Shown here: piece by piece, positions 40,790 through 55,037 of the stretch
Layout of the letters: each line of letters starts with the position of its first letter
Position numbering within the stretch: position 1 is the stretch's first letter
DNA from: Octopus vulgaris
Lineage: Eukaryota
Length of the DNA stretch: 64,000 bases
Assembly (NCBI GenBank): GCA_951406725.2
Contig: OX597830.1
Span: 63,860,001-63,924,000 of the forward strand
Reading direction: 5' to 3'
The notes under the pieces: model-generated
Seen by the model: the letters and a program-made list of their open reading frames with translations, nothing else
Databases searched by the model: none
Told to the model about the DNA's origin: nothing
Program-made: the position numbers and the translations under genes

Positions 40790-42493
40790 AAGAAGAAGAA
40801 GAAGAAGAAGAAGAAGAAGAAGAAGAAGAAGAAGAAGAAGAAGAAGAAGAAGAAGAAGAAGAAGAAGAAGAAGAAGAAGAAGAAGAAGAAGAAGAAGAAG
40901 AAGAAGAAGAAGAAGAAGAAGAAGAAGCCATCATCATCATCGCCATGGTTTTAATGTTCACTTTCCCATGATTGCATGGGTCAGACTGAGTTTTAATTGA
41001 GACAGGTTTTCTATGACTGGATGCCCTTCCTGTTGCCAACACATGCCTGGTTTCAGGCAAGGTAACATCTCCCAATGACCAGACATGCTTGCATAACTCA
41101 TTTACAACTATCATACATTACCAAGACAAAACACACACATATATACATGATGTGACAGTGCACCCATCCCAAACAATGAGGCAACTTTGTTGAGGAACTG
41201 TTGCCATTGTAGAGTTTTGGGAAATGTTGCACATTTGAGATTCTTTCATTGCAAGGTTTAGAGGGAGCTTGAACATGGAATGAGCAGAGGGTAGTTGCAG
41301 AGAAACTAACTTTTGTATGTGAAAGGTGCACAGGCATAATAAATTCTGAACATGTGCAGAAAATAGACTCCATCAACTGCCAGAGGGGCAAGCTAGAGGT
41401 AGAAGATAGCTTCTAGTATCTAGGTGACCAAGTTAGTAGGTGGTTGTTCCGAGAGAATAGCTGTGAGAATAAGATTAGGCTGGGCAAAGTTCAGAGAGCT
41501 CCTACCTCTGTTGGTAACAAAGGGCCCCTCTCTCAGAGTGAAAAGCAAATTGTTTTATGCCTGAGTACGAACAGCTATGCTGCATGGTAGTGAAACATGG
41601 GCTATAACAGCTGAGGACATGTATAGGCTTGAAAGAAATGAAACCAGTCTGATTCACTGGATATGTGATGTCAGTGTGCATGTGTGATAGAGTGTAAACA
41701 TCTTGAGAAAAGTTAAGAAGAATCAGATGTGTGCAAGAGAGACGACTGCGCTGGTATGGTCATGTGATGTGTATGGACGAGTACAGTTGTGTAAAGAAGT
41801 GCTGATCTCTAACTGTGGATGGAACCTGTGGAAGAGGTGCACCCAGGAAGACATGGAACATGGTGGTGAAGCATAACCTTTAAACTTTGAACCTCACAGA
41901 GGCAATGATTAGTGACCGAAACCTTTGGTGATGTGCTCTACTTAAGAGGACTCATCAAGCCAAGTGCACCCATGCTTGTGACATGTTAAAAAAAAAAAAA
42001 ATCAACCTTTCAACTTTGTGCCTGATGGAGGCAAAGTGACTGAGTTCCTTTCAAGCAGGCCTCACAGAGGCAAGGTGGCTGAGTTCCTTTTGAGTATTGG
42101 GCCTTATGGAGGCAAAGTGGCCAAGCTCTTTTCAAGTGTTGGGCCTCACAGAGGCAATGACCAAGACCTTTGGCATTATGTCATGCTTGAGAAGAGGACC
42201 CATCAAGCCAAGCAAAATCACAGTCGTGGCAGATACTGGTGTCACACAAATAGCATCCATGCCGGTGGCATGTAAAAACACCCATTACACTCACGGAGTG
42301 GTTAATGTTAGGAAGGGCATCCAGCCATAGAAAACCATGCTAAATCAGAATGGATCCTTGCGCAGCCTTCCAGCATGCCAGCTCTGATCATACCATCCAA
42401 CCCATGCCAGCATGGACAACAGACGTTTAATGATGATGATGATGATAATAAATACACTAGTGCATGGAAACACACACACACATATAAACAAAT

Positions 42494-42524
<31 letters not shown>

Positions 42525-43663
42525 GCACAGAAATATGTCATGGCTTTTGTACAGTTTCTGTTTCTCAAACATTACTCATAAGATATCAATCCTTTGCAGC
42601 TTTAATAAAAGACACTTGCCCAAGGGGGCTACACAAGGGATCAAACCAAAAACTTTGTAGTTGTGGAACAAGCTTCTTAAGTCACACAGCCATGCCTGTA
42701 TCAATTATAGTTGATGAAGTGCTTTGCTATGTTGCAATGTGGAACACTGAATATCTGTCCTCTGCTACAAAGAGGAATGGACAGGGGTGGGATGGGTGAG
42801 AGTTATTACAATGTTTCCAGATATACAAAACGTGGAAATGAAAATCTGCAGCGATGTCTCGACAATCCAGTGGGTTGCCAGTGTGGGTCACGTGAAATAG
42901 AAACACGACATAGAAGATGGTAATTTATTTAGAATTTATAGCAATATGAGAGAAAGAAAATATGAAGATGATTATGATAGCAATGATGATGATGATGATG
43001 ATAACAGTAATGAAATGATGACTCATGTTGTTGCTGTTGATGATGACAGAGATGATGATAATGATTATTATTATTATTAGTAGTAGTATTATTTTTATTG
43101 AGTGAGAGAGCAGTGCATGCCATCAAGGTTACAATGGGGTAAAATATACGAAGCCCAGTACACCCATCTTGACTACACGTCTGATAAGGGTACACCAGGA
43201 ACATGCATCACAACCAAATGTGCGCGACAAGGTAATCTCATATCAAGATAAACAGCGCATGACCTTGCAGGTGGGGCCCAGTTAGAATTTTCTTCAGGTT
43301 GAGTAGCCCATCGCGCTCAAAAGGTCCCTGAATAAGGGTTGTTTAAGTATGTTGAACGAACCACCCATGTTTCCAAAGATGAATTATCCAAACCTCCAAG
43401 AATCCCTCTCAACACATGGCTATGATGCTCCCCCACTACTTCTGCTCGTGGTCAGAGATGCACATATCGTCAGCCACTAAGGGACATACTCAACTGGTTA
43501 TGGTCAAACAACTGACAAGTAAATCTGTGGTACTGAGCAGAATATTTGCTGTAGCCCATCTTTTATACCAAGACAAAACAATATACATGATAACAATTCC
43601 TGTTAGTTAAGATCAAAAGCCATGAGAGCCACTGTCTGCTACTGCATCAGGGCATTTATCATC

Positions 43664-43697
<34 letters not shown>

Positions 43698-44173
43698 TAC
43701 AGCAGTATCAGTGCCAAGCAGTATTTACATATAAGCAAATTTTAGGTTAGTTAAACTATGTTTGTGACATATTTCAACTTCCAAGGCAAATTCACTCCAG
43801 TTAACAAGCAGAAAAAATTCTCTTATGGTACAAAGGTATTAAAACACCATATCTATTCAATGGTGTCCCATCAGATTCCCAGATACCATGTTTCCAAAGG
43901 TGAATTATCCAAACCTCTAAGAATTCCTTTCCACACATGGTTATGATGCTCCCCCACTACTTCTGCTCATGGTCAGAGATGCACATATCGCCAGCCACTA
44001 AGGGACATGCTCAACTGGTTATGGCCAAACAACTGACAAGCAAATCTGTGGTACTGAGCAGAATATTTGCTGAAGCCCATCTTTTACACCAAGACAAAAC
44101 AATGTACATGATAACACTTCCAATCAGTTAAGATCAGAAGCCATGAGAGCCACTGCCTGGTACTGCATCAGGG

Positions 44174-44213
<40 letters not shown>

Positions 44214-46816
44214 TATTAGTATTAGTATTATTATTATAATGCCAGTTCTTGAAATGGTGGAGAAGGACTTACCCAAGGAAATATTCGGTCAGCTTCTTCA
44301 ATTTGCTCTTTTGATATTTGAATCCAGAGAGATTGTAAATTGTGCTGGTGTCAATGACGTAAGGGTGAAACATCTGTGGTTAAAAACAAACAGAAACAGG
44401 ATTTGAAGATTGGGTTTCACAACCAGTCAAAATGATGTGAGGGAAGGTTTATCAAGCTGTCAATAATATCATCATCATTTAAAGTCTACATTTCCATGCT
44501 TGTATGGCTGAGTCAGATAGAATTTACTGAGGCAGATTTTCTACAGCTGGATGTCCTTCCTGTCACCAACCCTCACTTGTTTTTGAGTAAGGTAATATTT
44601 CCCCATGGCCAGACAATATTCTCACTGAATACTGGAAATGAATGACACTGCTTGTATAACAGTGAGACTCATTTACAACTATTACATGACAAAAACACAC
44701 ATACATTCTTACATACGCATAATACAATGGCCTTTTTTTTTTGGTTTCTATCAATCAAATACACATATGACTGCGTTAGTTAGTCCAGAGTATTTGCTCA
44801 AAGTGCCATACAGTTGGACTGAACCTGAGACCATGTGGTTTTGGAAACAAACTTCCTAACCACCCAGCCACACCATATAGATATATGTATGAGTGTGTGT
44901 GTGAGATTTTATTTAATCGCTGAATATAGGGGACAGCAGAGGACTGCGTTCACAATAACATGATCTAGGTAACTTCATATGATATTTAAGGGTCAACACA
45001 AATATATTCATAATCCTTGACAATTAGAGATTTCTGAGTCAACATGGGTCTGTTCTCTATAACTGGTCCAAGGATTTTGAAAATCAACAGAAATACGTCC
45101 GCTTGACCAAAAATTTAAAATATGCCACTAAATACGGGGCCAAAATTAATATAGTTGGGAGGGATTTGAAGGTCAAAACAAAGACAAGACGGATACAACA
45201 CATTCTTTTATTGGTTCCAGCCTGTTGGCAGTGGCCATACTGGAGTAAAAATCAACAAAACTATGTTCATTATAACTGGGTTAAATAATGAGACAGACAT
45301 ATCTTGAGAGAGGGCCAACCAAAAAACACAATGAAAAAAGTGAAACTTTATTTACATTTGACAGATATTTGTCCTCATCTTGTTTGTTGTTAACACAACG
45401 TTTCAGCTGATATACCCTCCAGCCTTTATCAGGTGTCTTGGAGAAATTTCGAACCTGGATTCTCATTCGTAATGTATTTTTCGATGTTATTATTATTATT
45501 ATGATTATTATTCAGGTCACTGCCTGGAAACAAACTCGGAATCTTGGGGTTAGTAGCCCGCGCTCTTAACCATTATGCCATATGCCCGTGGGTGTAGTGG
45601 TTAAGAGCGCGGGCTACTAACTCCAAGATTCCGAGTTCAGTTCCAGGCAGTTACCTGAATAATGATGATGATGATGATGATGATGATGCCCTGATGCAGT
45701 ACCAGGCAGTGGCTCTCATGACTTCTGATCTTAACTGATTGGAAGTGCTATGATGTACATTGTTTTGTCTTGGTATAAAAGATGAGCTATAGCAAATATT
45801 CTGCTCAATACCACAGATTTACTTGCCAGGTGTTTGACCGTAACCAGTTGACCATGTCCATTAGTGGCTGACAATATGTGTATCTCTGATCACAAGCAGA
45901 AGTAGTGGAGGAGCATAATAGCCGTGTGTTGAGAGAGATTCTTAGAGGTTTGGATAATTCACTTTTGGAAACACGGGTGGTTCATTCAACATCCTTAAAC
46001 AATCCTTATTCAGGGATCTTTTGAGCGGGATGGGCTACTCGACCGGAAGAAAATTCTAACTGGGCTCCACCTGCATGTGCCTGGTGTACCCTTATCAGAC
46101 GTGTAGTCAAGATGGGTGTACTGGGCTTTGTATATTTTACCCAAGTGTCATTTTGATGGCATGCACTGCTCTCTCACTCAATAATAATAATAATAATAAC
46201 ATCGAAAAATACCTTACGAACGAGAACCCAGGTTCGAAATTTCTCCAAGACACTTGACAAAGGCTGGAGGGTAAACCAGCTGAAATATTATGTTAACAAC
46301 AAACATGATGAGGAGAAATATCCGTTGAATGTAAATAGTGTACAAAATTCCTCTTCTCTTAAATATAGAACTGTATCAAAAAAGAGAAAGCAACAAAATA
46401 TTAAGAAAGAAGTGTGACCTTTAAGCTGTCCAAGTCGAAGTTAAGAGAGTGACCACACAAGATGGCATCTTTAGGAAGAAGAGTCCGGAACTTGTTCTGA
46501 ACATCTTTCAATGTAGTACATACCGGTCTCATCATCTCTTCATTGATTCCACTGTATCTATCAAAACACCAATAAAATATATATGCATAAATATATACAT
46601 ACATAATCACACACACAAAGAATTTTTTTTTCTGTCTTTGGAACATTGAGATTTGAATAATAATAATGATGATGATGATGATGATAATAATAGCTTATGA
46701 ATACTGAGTTAAAGAATACTTTGGATATAAAAAGCAGAAAGCTGCCCCAAAATAACATATATATATATATATATATATATCACAAATACATATATATCCA
46801 TATATATATATATCTA

Positions 46817-46849
<33 letters not shown>

Positions 46850-47159
46850 TTTTATTCTTCTTTTACTTGTTTCAGTCATCTGACTGGAGCCATGCTGGAG
46901 CACAACATACATATATACACATCATATATATGTGTGTGTGAGTATAATTATAATTATTAGGGTGGGGGGGCTATTCACAATTTACAACCAAAAGGCAACA
47001 AGTGTAGTCATCACTAAGGTTCAGAGGGTGCTAGTGAACACTGGCATTGCTAGAAATAAGAGTCAAAACAAAACTTAACCACATGACAGCACTTTCTTAA
47101 TGACTGACAAAGGAGACAAGCCCTCTCCCTATGACAAGCAAGATGGAGTCACATCAGTG

Positions 47160-47205
<46 letters not shown>

Positions 47206-47507
47206 CTATATGTGTGTGTGTGTGTGTGTGTGTATGTGTAAATACATATATATAAATATGTATACATACATATATATATATAAATATATATAGTTATATA
47301 TACACAACTTTCATCATCATCATCATTTAATGTGCATTGTCCATGCTGGCATGGGTTGGACATTTAATGTGCATTGTCCATGCTGGCATGGGTTGGACAT
47401 TAAATGATGATGATAGATGTGTGTGTATATATATACTCCCACACACAAGTATGTATGTATGTTTCATCATCATTATCATCATTTAAATGGATATTGAAGG
47501 ATAATGG

Positions 47508-47538
<31 letters not shown>

Positions 47539-50433
47539 CATCATCATCGTTTAACGTCCATTTTCCATGCTAGCATGGGTTGGACGGTTCGACTGGGGTC
47601 TGGGAAGCTAGGAGGCTGCACCAGGCTCCAGTCTGATCTGGCAGTGTTTCTCTAGCTGGATGCCCTTCCTAACACCAACCACTCCGTGAGTGTAGTGGGT
47701 GCTTTTTACGTGCCACTGGCACAGGTGCCAGGCGAGGCTGGCAACAGCCATGATCGGTTGGTGCTTTTTACATGCCACCAGCACGGAAGCCAGTCAAGGC
47801 GGCGCTGGCATCGGCTACATTCGGGTGGTGCTTTTTACGTGCCACCGGCACAGGTATCACAACTACAATTTCCATTTGATTTTTATTTTAATGTTGATGT
47901 ACTTGACTCAATAGGTCTCCTCATACACACATAAGTATAAATATATACATATAGATATATCTCAATAGCTCAAAAGGATCAAGGTTCTCTCTTAGACGTA
48001 GACTCATAAGCATGGCTTCTCCGATTCTGTGGTATAGATTCCACCCTACTCTACTGTAATAGGGGACACTGGCCATTGCAAGATTTCTCAACTTTTGCCA
48101 GCTAAATGACCGGGAGCAATCTGAAATGAGGCATTGTGCTCAAGAACATAGCACAGTAGCTGGTCCAAGAATTGAAACCACAATCTCACAATCTTGAGTG
48201 CAACACCCTAACCATTAAACCACATCTCCACACACACACACATTTACATATACACATGTATACATATACATACACACACACACACATATATATACATACA
48301 CATATGTACGCACACACATATTCTCACTGAATACTGGAAATAAACGACACTGCTCTTATGACAGTGACACTCATTTACAACTATCACGTGACACAAACAC
48401 ACATACATTCTAACATACATATATATATGGTAGGCTTTTTACTTTTTTTGGGGGGTTTCCATCAACCTAATCAACAAAAATGTGTTCATTACAACTGGGT
48501 TAGATAATGAGACAAAGTCATCTCTTAAGGGAGGGTCAACAAAAAGACACAACAAAAAAGACATAGAAGATAAAAACATATTAAGAAAGAAGTGTGACCT
48601 TTAAGCTGTCTGAGTCAGAGTTAAGAGAGTGACCACACAAGATGGCATTCTTACAGTTTTACAAACACATATATGGTGGGCTTTATATACATGTATATAT
48701 ATACATGTATATATATATCATTATCACTTAATGTGTTTTCCATGCTAGCTTGAGCATGAATTGGGAATATACATATATAACATGCTCTTTTACTTGTTTC
48801 AGTCATTTGACTGTGGCCATGCTGGAGCACCGCCTTTTAGTCGAGCAAATCAACCCCAGGACTTATTCTTTGTAAGCCTAGTACTTATTCTATTGTTCTC
48901 TTTTGCCGAACCGCTAAGTTACAGGGACATAAACACACCAGCATTGGTTGTCAAGTGATGTTGGGGGAACAAACAGACACACATACGTATATATATATAT
49001 ATATATATAGATAGATATAGATATAGATAGATAGATAGATAGATATATACATATATACGACAGGCTTCTTTCAGTTTCCGTCTACCAAATCCACTCACAA
49101 GGCTTTGGTTGGCCTAAGGCTATATTAGAAGACACTTGCCCAAGGTGCCACGCAGTGGGAATGAACCCGGAACCATGTGGTTGGTAAGCAAGCTACTTAC
49201 CACACACAGCCACTCCTGCACCTATATTCATGCATACATGTATATATACATACATACCTTTGATGATATGCCATGCTTGAGAAGACCGGTCAAGTTATGT
49301 GAAATAGTGATAACTGGCACATAAAAAGCACCATCCGAGTGCAGGCCTCATGGAGGCAATGTGGCCAATGCCAGTCTCGTGTAACTAATATTCGAGCTCT
49401 GGGCATCATGGAAGCAATGTGGCCAATGCTGGTGTCATGTAACTAGTACCCCTGCCAGTGGCATGTAGAAAGCAACTTTCAAGTGTTGGGCTTTATGGAG
49501 GCAATGTCAAATGACCGAGACCTTTCGTGATATGCCATGCTGGAGAAGAAGACCCATCAAGCCAAGTGAAATCAGAGGCATGGCAGATATTGGTGTCACT
49601 TTAGATATAAAACATAGAAGGCTGCCCGACTTGGCTGGCTTCCGTGCCAGTGGCACGTTAAAAGCACCAACTGATCGTGGCTGATGCCAGACCCTCCACC
49701 CCTGGCACCTGTGCAGGTGGCACGTAAAAAGCACCCACTACACTCGCGGAGTGGTTGGCGTTAGGAAGGGCATCCAGCCATAGAAACACTGCCAGATCAG
49801 ACTGGAGCCTGGTGCAGCCCCTGGCTTCCCATGGTCGAACCATCCAACCCGTGCTAGCGCGGAAAAACGGACGTTAAACAATGATGATGATGATGATATA
49901 TATACATATTCACACACACACACACATATATATATACACATATATATATATATATATCCACAAGAGCCCCCACTACACACTCAGGATGGTTGGTGTTAGG
50001 AAAGGTATCCAGCTGTAGAAACCACACCAAATGAGACTGGAGTCTGGTGCAGCCCTCAGCTTACCAGCCCTGGTCGAACTGTCCAACCCATGCCAGCATG
50101 GACAACGGATGTTAAATGATGATGATGATGATGATGATATACACATACACACATACACACACAAAAAATAAAAAACATGAGAAAAACACAAAGCTGGAAA
50201 CAACAACCTTCAACAAACTATAAAAATCAAGAAAAACCTTTTTGGCTTCATTTTGTTTGTCTTACCGAAAGAGATAATCAATGATTTTATGTTTTGGTTT
50301 TACGAGAGTGTCATAGACAGTTTCTAGTTTCTCATTAACTAAGGAGACACGCGTTAAAGAGTAGACACCATCAGAGGTTTTACACTGAAAATTGAACAAG
50401 ACATTTAATTATTTACATGTAGATAAATACAAA

Positions 50434-50468
<35 letters not shown>

Positions 50469-52448
50469 TTATAAATAAAGGAGCAGAAATGGGCAGCTCG
50501 AAGCAATGTTACATGCATTTCGATAGTCTAGTTGTTTATTCAACAATGCAAAATATTATGTGATATAATTTTATATAATTGCATAACCACACCATTTCAT
50601 CAAGCAATATCCAGTTTTTTATCAGCATGATCAAATTAATCTATGGAGAGAACTACATTTGAAGATAAAGATCTATTGAAATTAAGATTTGTTTTTAGAA
50701 AAAAAAATAACACAAATTTCTTGAAAGGAGAAAGAATTATATCTAGTCAAATCATTGTGCTGGTAATGGCAGCTAAATTCGTGAATACAGATTTGACAAG
50801 GGAGTGGCTAGTATGGCCATATTGCTTACTGAATGAATGCATTCCACAGCCCAAATTTTCTTAAAGAACACAAATGCCAATATATTATTCAACAGTTAAC
50901 AAGGTAGCATTTTGAGCCACTATACAGACAACTTTTAACATGCTACAGATAGTCATAACATCAATCAAAATATACCAATCATAAGTAATAACATCAATCA
51001 AAATATATCAATCATAAGCTCTGCTTACTGTAAGTGAAAACATATATACAAACACGCTAACACACAAGAAATATATATATATATATGTATCATCATCATC
51101 ATCATTTAATGTCTGTTGTCCATGCTGGCATGGGTTGGACGGTTTGACCAGAGTTGGCAAGCTAAGGGGGCTGCACCAGATTCCAGTCTCATTTGGTGTG
51201 GTTGTGGTTTCTATGGATGGATGCCCTTCCTAATGCCAACAACTCCAAGAGTGTACTGGGTGCTTTTATGTGCTACTAGCACAGGTGTCAGTTGCATGAC
51301 ACAAGTATCTGCCACGACTATGATTTCACTTGGCTTCAGGGGTCTTCTCCTCAAGCACAGAATATTGCCAAAGGTCTTGCTCATTTGTCATTGCCTCCAT
51401 GAGACCCAACACTCGAAAGGTACTTTTTATGTACCATCAGCACAGGTGCTAGTTATGCGATACCAACATTGGACACGTTTCCTTTGTGAGGCTCAAAGCT
51501 CAATAAGTGCTTTTTTATGTCACCGGCACAGGTGCCACTTATCTGACACCGGCATTGACCACATTGCCTCCATGAGGCCCAACACTTGGAAGGTGCTTTT
51601 TACGTATATCTAAATAAATATATACATACACACACACAAACATCATCATCATCATCATCATCGTTTAACGTCTGTTTCCCATGCTGGCATGAGTTGGACG
51701 ATTTGACTGAGGTCTGGTGAACCAGATGGCTGCACCAGACTCCAATCTGATCTGGCAGAGTTTCTACAGCTGGATGCCCTTCCTAACGCCAACCACTCCG
51801 AGAGTGTAGTGGGTGCTTTTATGTGCCACTGGTACGAGGGCCAATCAGGCGGTACTGGCAATAGCCACGCTCAAATAGTGCTTTTTATGTGCCACCTGCA
51901 CAGGAGCCAGACCAGCGGCACTGGCAATGACCTCGCTCAAATGCTTTTTCACGTCCCACCAGCACAAGTGCCAGTAAGGTGATGCATGTAACGATCACAC
52001 TCGAATGGTACTCTTAGTGCTCCACAAGCACAGATGCCAGTCATCAAATTTGATTTTGATTTCAATTTCACTTGCCTCAACAGGTCTTTGCAAGCAGTGG
52101 CCTGGTACTTATTATATTGGTCTCTTTTGCTGAACTGCTACATTTCAGGGATGTAAACATGCCAACACCGGTTGTCAAGCGATGGTGGGAGATCAAACAC
52201 GGACACAATGACACAAACATAGACAGGCTTCTTTCAGTTTCTATCTACCAAATCCACTCACAAAGCTTTAGTTGGTCTGAGGCTATAGCAGAAGACACTC
52301 GCCCAAGGTGCCACGCAGTGGGACTGAACCTAGAACCATGTGGCTGGGAAGCAAGTTTCTTACCACACAGTCATACCTGCATCTACAAAGAAAACACATT
52401 CACACATACAGCATGATACAAACACAAAAAACATACACACACACAATA

Positions 52449-52484
<36 letters not shown>

Positions 52485-52516
52485 ACACGAAAGAAACACA
52501 CACATAGCATGATATG

Positions 52517-52558
<42 letters not shown>

Positions 52559-54661
52559 GACACAAATACAAAAACAAGCTGCTCTAGAAGAGAATGAAAT
52601 GACATTTATGTTGGCAGCTTTCATTCAGTAACCAAATGCAAATGATAATGTTGTTGCTGTAAATACTCACCATTTCACAGTCCAGACCAAATATGGGGCT
52701 TTTATCTGTAACTTTTTCATAGCTTTCTTTGGAAAAAATATAATCATCGTAAAAGCCTAAAGAATTAGAAGGAAATACCATTTCTCAGAATCAAATAAAC
52801 AAACATTTAAGCCAAAAAAGAATAGACTGAAATTCTATCACATTCATTCTTAACCCTTTCGTTACCAATCCGGCTGAAACCAACTCTGGCTCTGAGTACA
52901 AATTTCTTGTTTGCATAAGTTTTGAATTAAAATCTTCCACCAAACCTTAGTCACAATGTATGTTCCTAACACTAGCTTAATGATAAGTAAGATATTTTAC
53001 TAAATTCTTTGTTATATTTAAAATTAATTGAAAGAAGCACAGAGCATCTCAACAGAAATATGGTAACAAAAGGGTTAACAAATGATTAATTTAACCCTTT
53101 CGTTACCAATCTGACTGAAACCAGCTCTGGCTCTAAGTACAAATGTCTTGTTTTCATAAGTTTTGAATTAAAATCTTCCACCAAACTTTAGTCACAATTT
53201 ATGTTTCTATCACTAGCTGAATGATAACTAAGTTATTTTAGTAAATTCTTTGTTATATTTAAAATTAATTGAAAAAAACACAGAGCTTCTCAAAATAAAT
53301 ACAGTAACGAAAGGGTTAACTAGACATAGAAAATATATTATACATTACAGACTATTACGGGTATGGAGAGGGTACTGGAAACATGGAGTGACGACTGAGC
53401 CCTGCATAATTACGAGCTGCCCTTTGGCAAGGCAGAGTACCCATTCAACCGCCCTGCCAAAGGTATGGCAAAGTTGTGGGACTGCAGTATGGCAGACTGT
53501 GAAGAGGCAGTAGAGGAGCACATCTGTGCCAATGGTGCCCCTTACACTGATGCCAAGCAGAGAAATCCTAGATCAACAGCTTGGATCACTAAGCTCTTAT
53601 CAAGAGAGTAACTGAAATGCATCCATAAGCTCCTACTTCGAATATGAATAATAGAACTCATACCATCAGTCCAACCCATGCCAGCATGGAAAATGGACAT
53701 CAAATGGTGATGATGATGATGATGAGGATGATAATGATGATAGTGGTGGTGGTAGTGACAGAGTTACTGGAATCCATACAAGCAGTGTGAAAGGATGATG
53801 ATTACAAACTCTAGACCAGGGGTTGGCAAACCTTTTTAACCAGTTACCCCAAAATATATTTATTTATGCCAGCATTACTCCCTTTATTTGAAAGGAAGAA
53901 AATCATAGATTCTTTGAATTTAAAATGTATTGCAAAAATAGTCTCCTAAACACGTCCATTACATTGGACAGATGCAATGTTGCCAGAAGAAAAATCTCTG
54001 TCATGACAAGGAACACATTTCTTATATAATTATACTTATGTCTAATGATTCCTCATTACCACCAGGAATTTCATTTTTACCCACTTGGGGTAATTTACCC
54101 TGGTTCACCAGCCCCTGCTCTAGACTATCTCAACAAAATTCTACTGGGGCGGTGACAGAACTGTTCAACATACAGCAGCTTGGAGAAGTGTCTTGTATTA
54201 TAGCTTTGGGCTATCAAAAGCTTTATGAATGGATTTGGTGAAGAGAAACTGAAAGATGACAGTTATGTGTGTGTGTGTGTGTCTGTATAAATATATAAAT
54301 GCTGAAATGAGTCATTGCTGCAGTATTCAAATGCTTTTCAAGGCTCAAAAGCCATTTAAGATCTCAGACTAGGAAAGAGCAATTATAGGTACAAGAAGAG
54401 GCCAAGCTCTGCAAGGAGCAGACAGCCCCAATGTACAAATGTATATATATAACTCCTTATATTGAACTCTACTATTTTCCTCTATTTAACCTTCTCACAT
54501 CGTCTCTGATGAAAGGATATCCCTAATATCCCAGAAACAGCTGTAAGACTAACTTTCTCCTTATAAATGTCCTGAAATTTCCACACAGCCTTGGCTTTGT
54601 TGCCTCATATTATTTAACATATATATACATACATACATACATACATACATACACACATACA

Positions 54662-54732
<71 letters not shown>

Positions 54733-55005
54733 ATATATGTTACATTACTTGGTAGTCAAGATAAAACTCTGAGTTTCAGATGCCGAAGTGGAAATCCACA
54801 ACACCATCTCTTCGGTTATCTGGCTATATTGCAGTGAAGCCAGATAACCGAAGAGATGGTGTTGTGGATTTCCACTTCGGCATCTGAAACTCAGAGTTTT
54901 ATCTTGACTATCGAGTAATGTAACATATTATTGTAAAGATAAATTTCCTCTATTTACATAATATTGAGGTCTCTTTCTTTCTTTTGTTATCTTACCGTTT
55001 CACCA

Positions 55006-55037
<32 letters not shown>

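Noticed and set aside
45511-45660. Genuine tRNA genes
   Set aside because: No clean acceptor stem; always attached to a repeat body, so they are SINE heads.
50504-50610. Further degenerate hammerhead candidates (here on minus; also 55849-55905 plus and 73-92)
   Set aside because: Multiple core lesions or missing stems; not distinguishable from chance without a family consensus.
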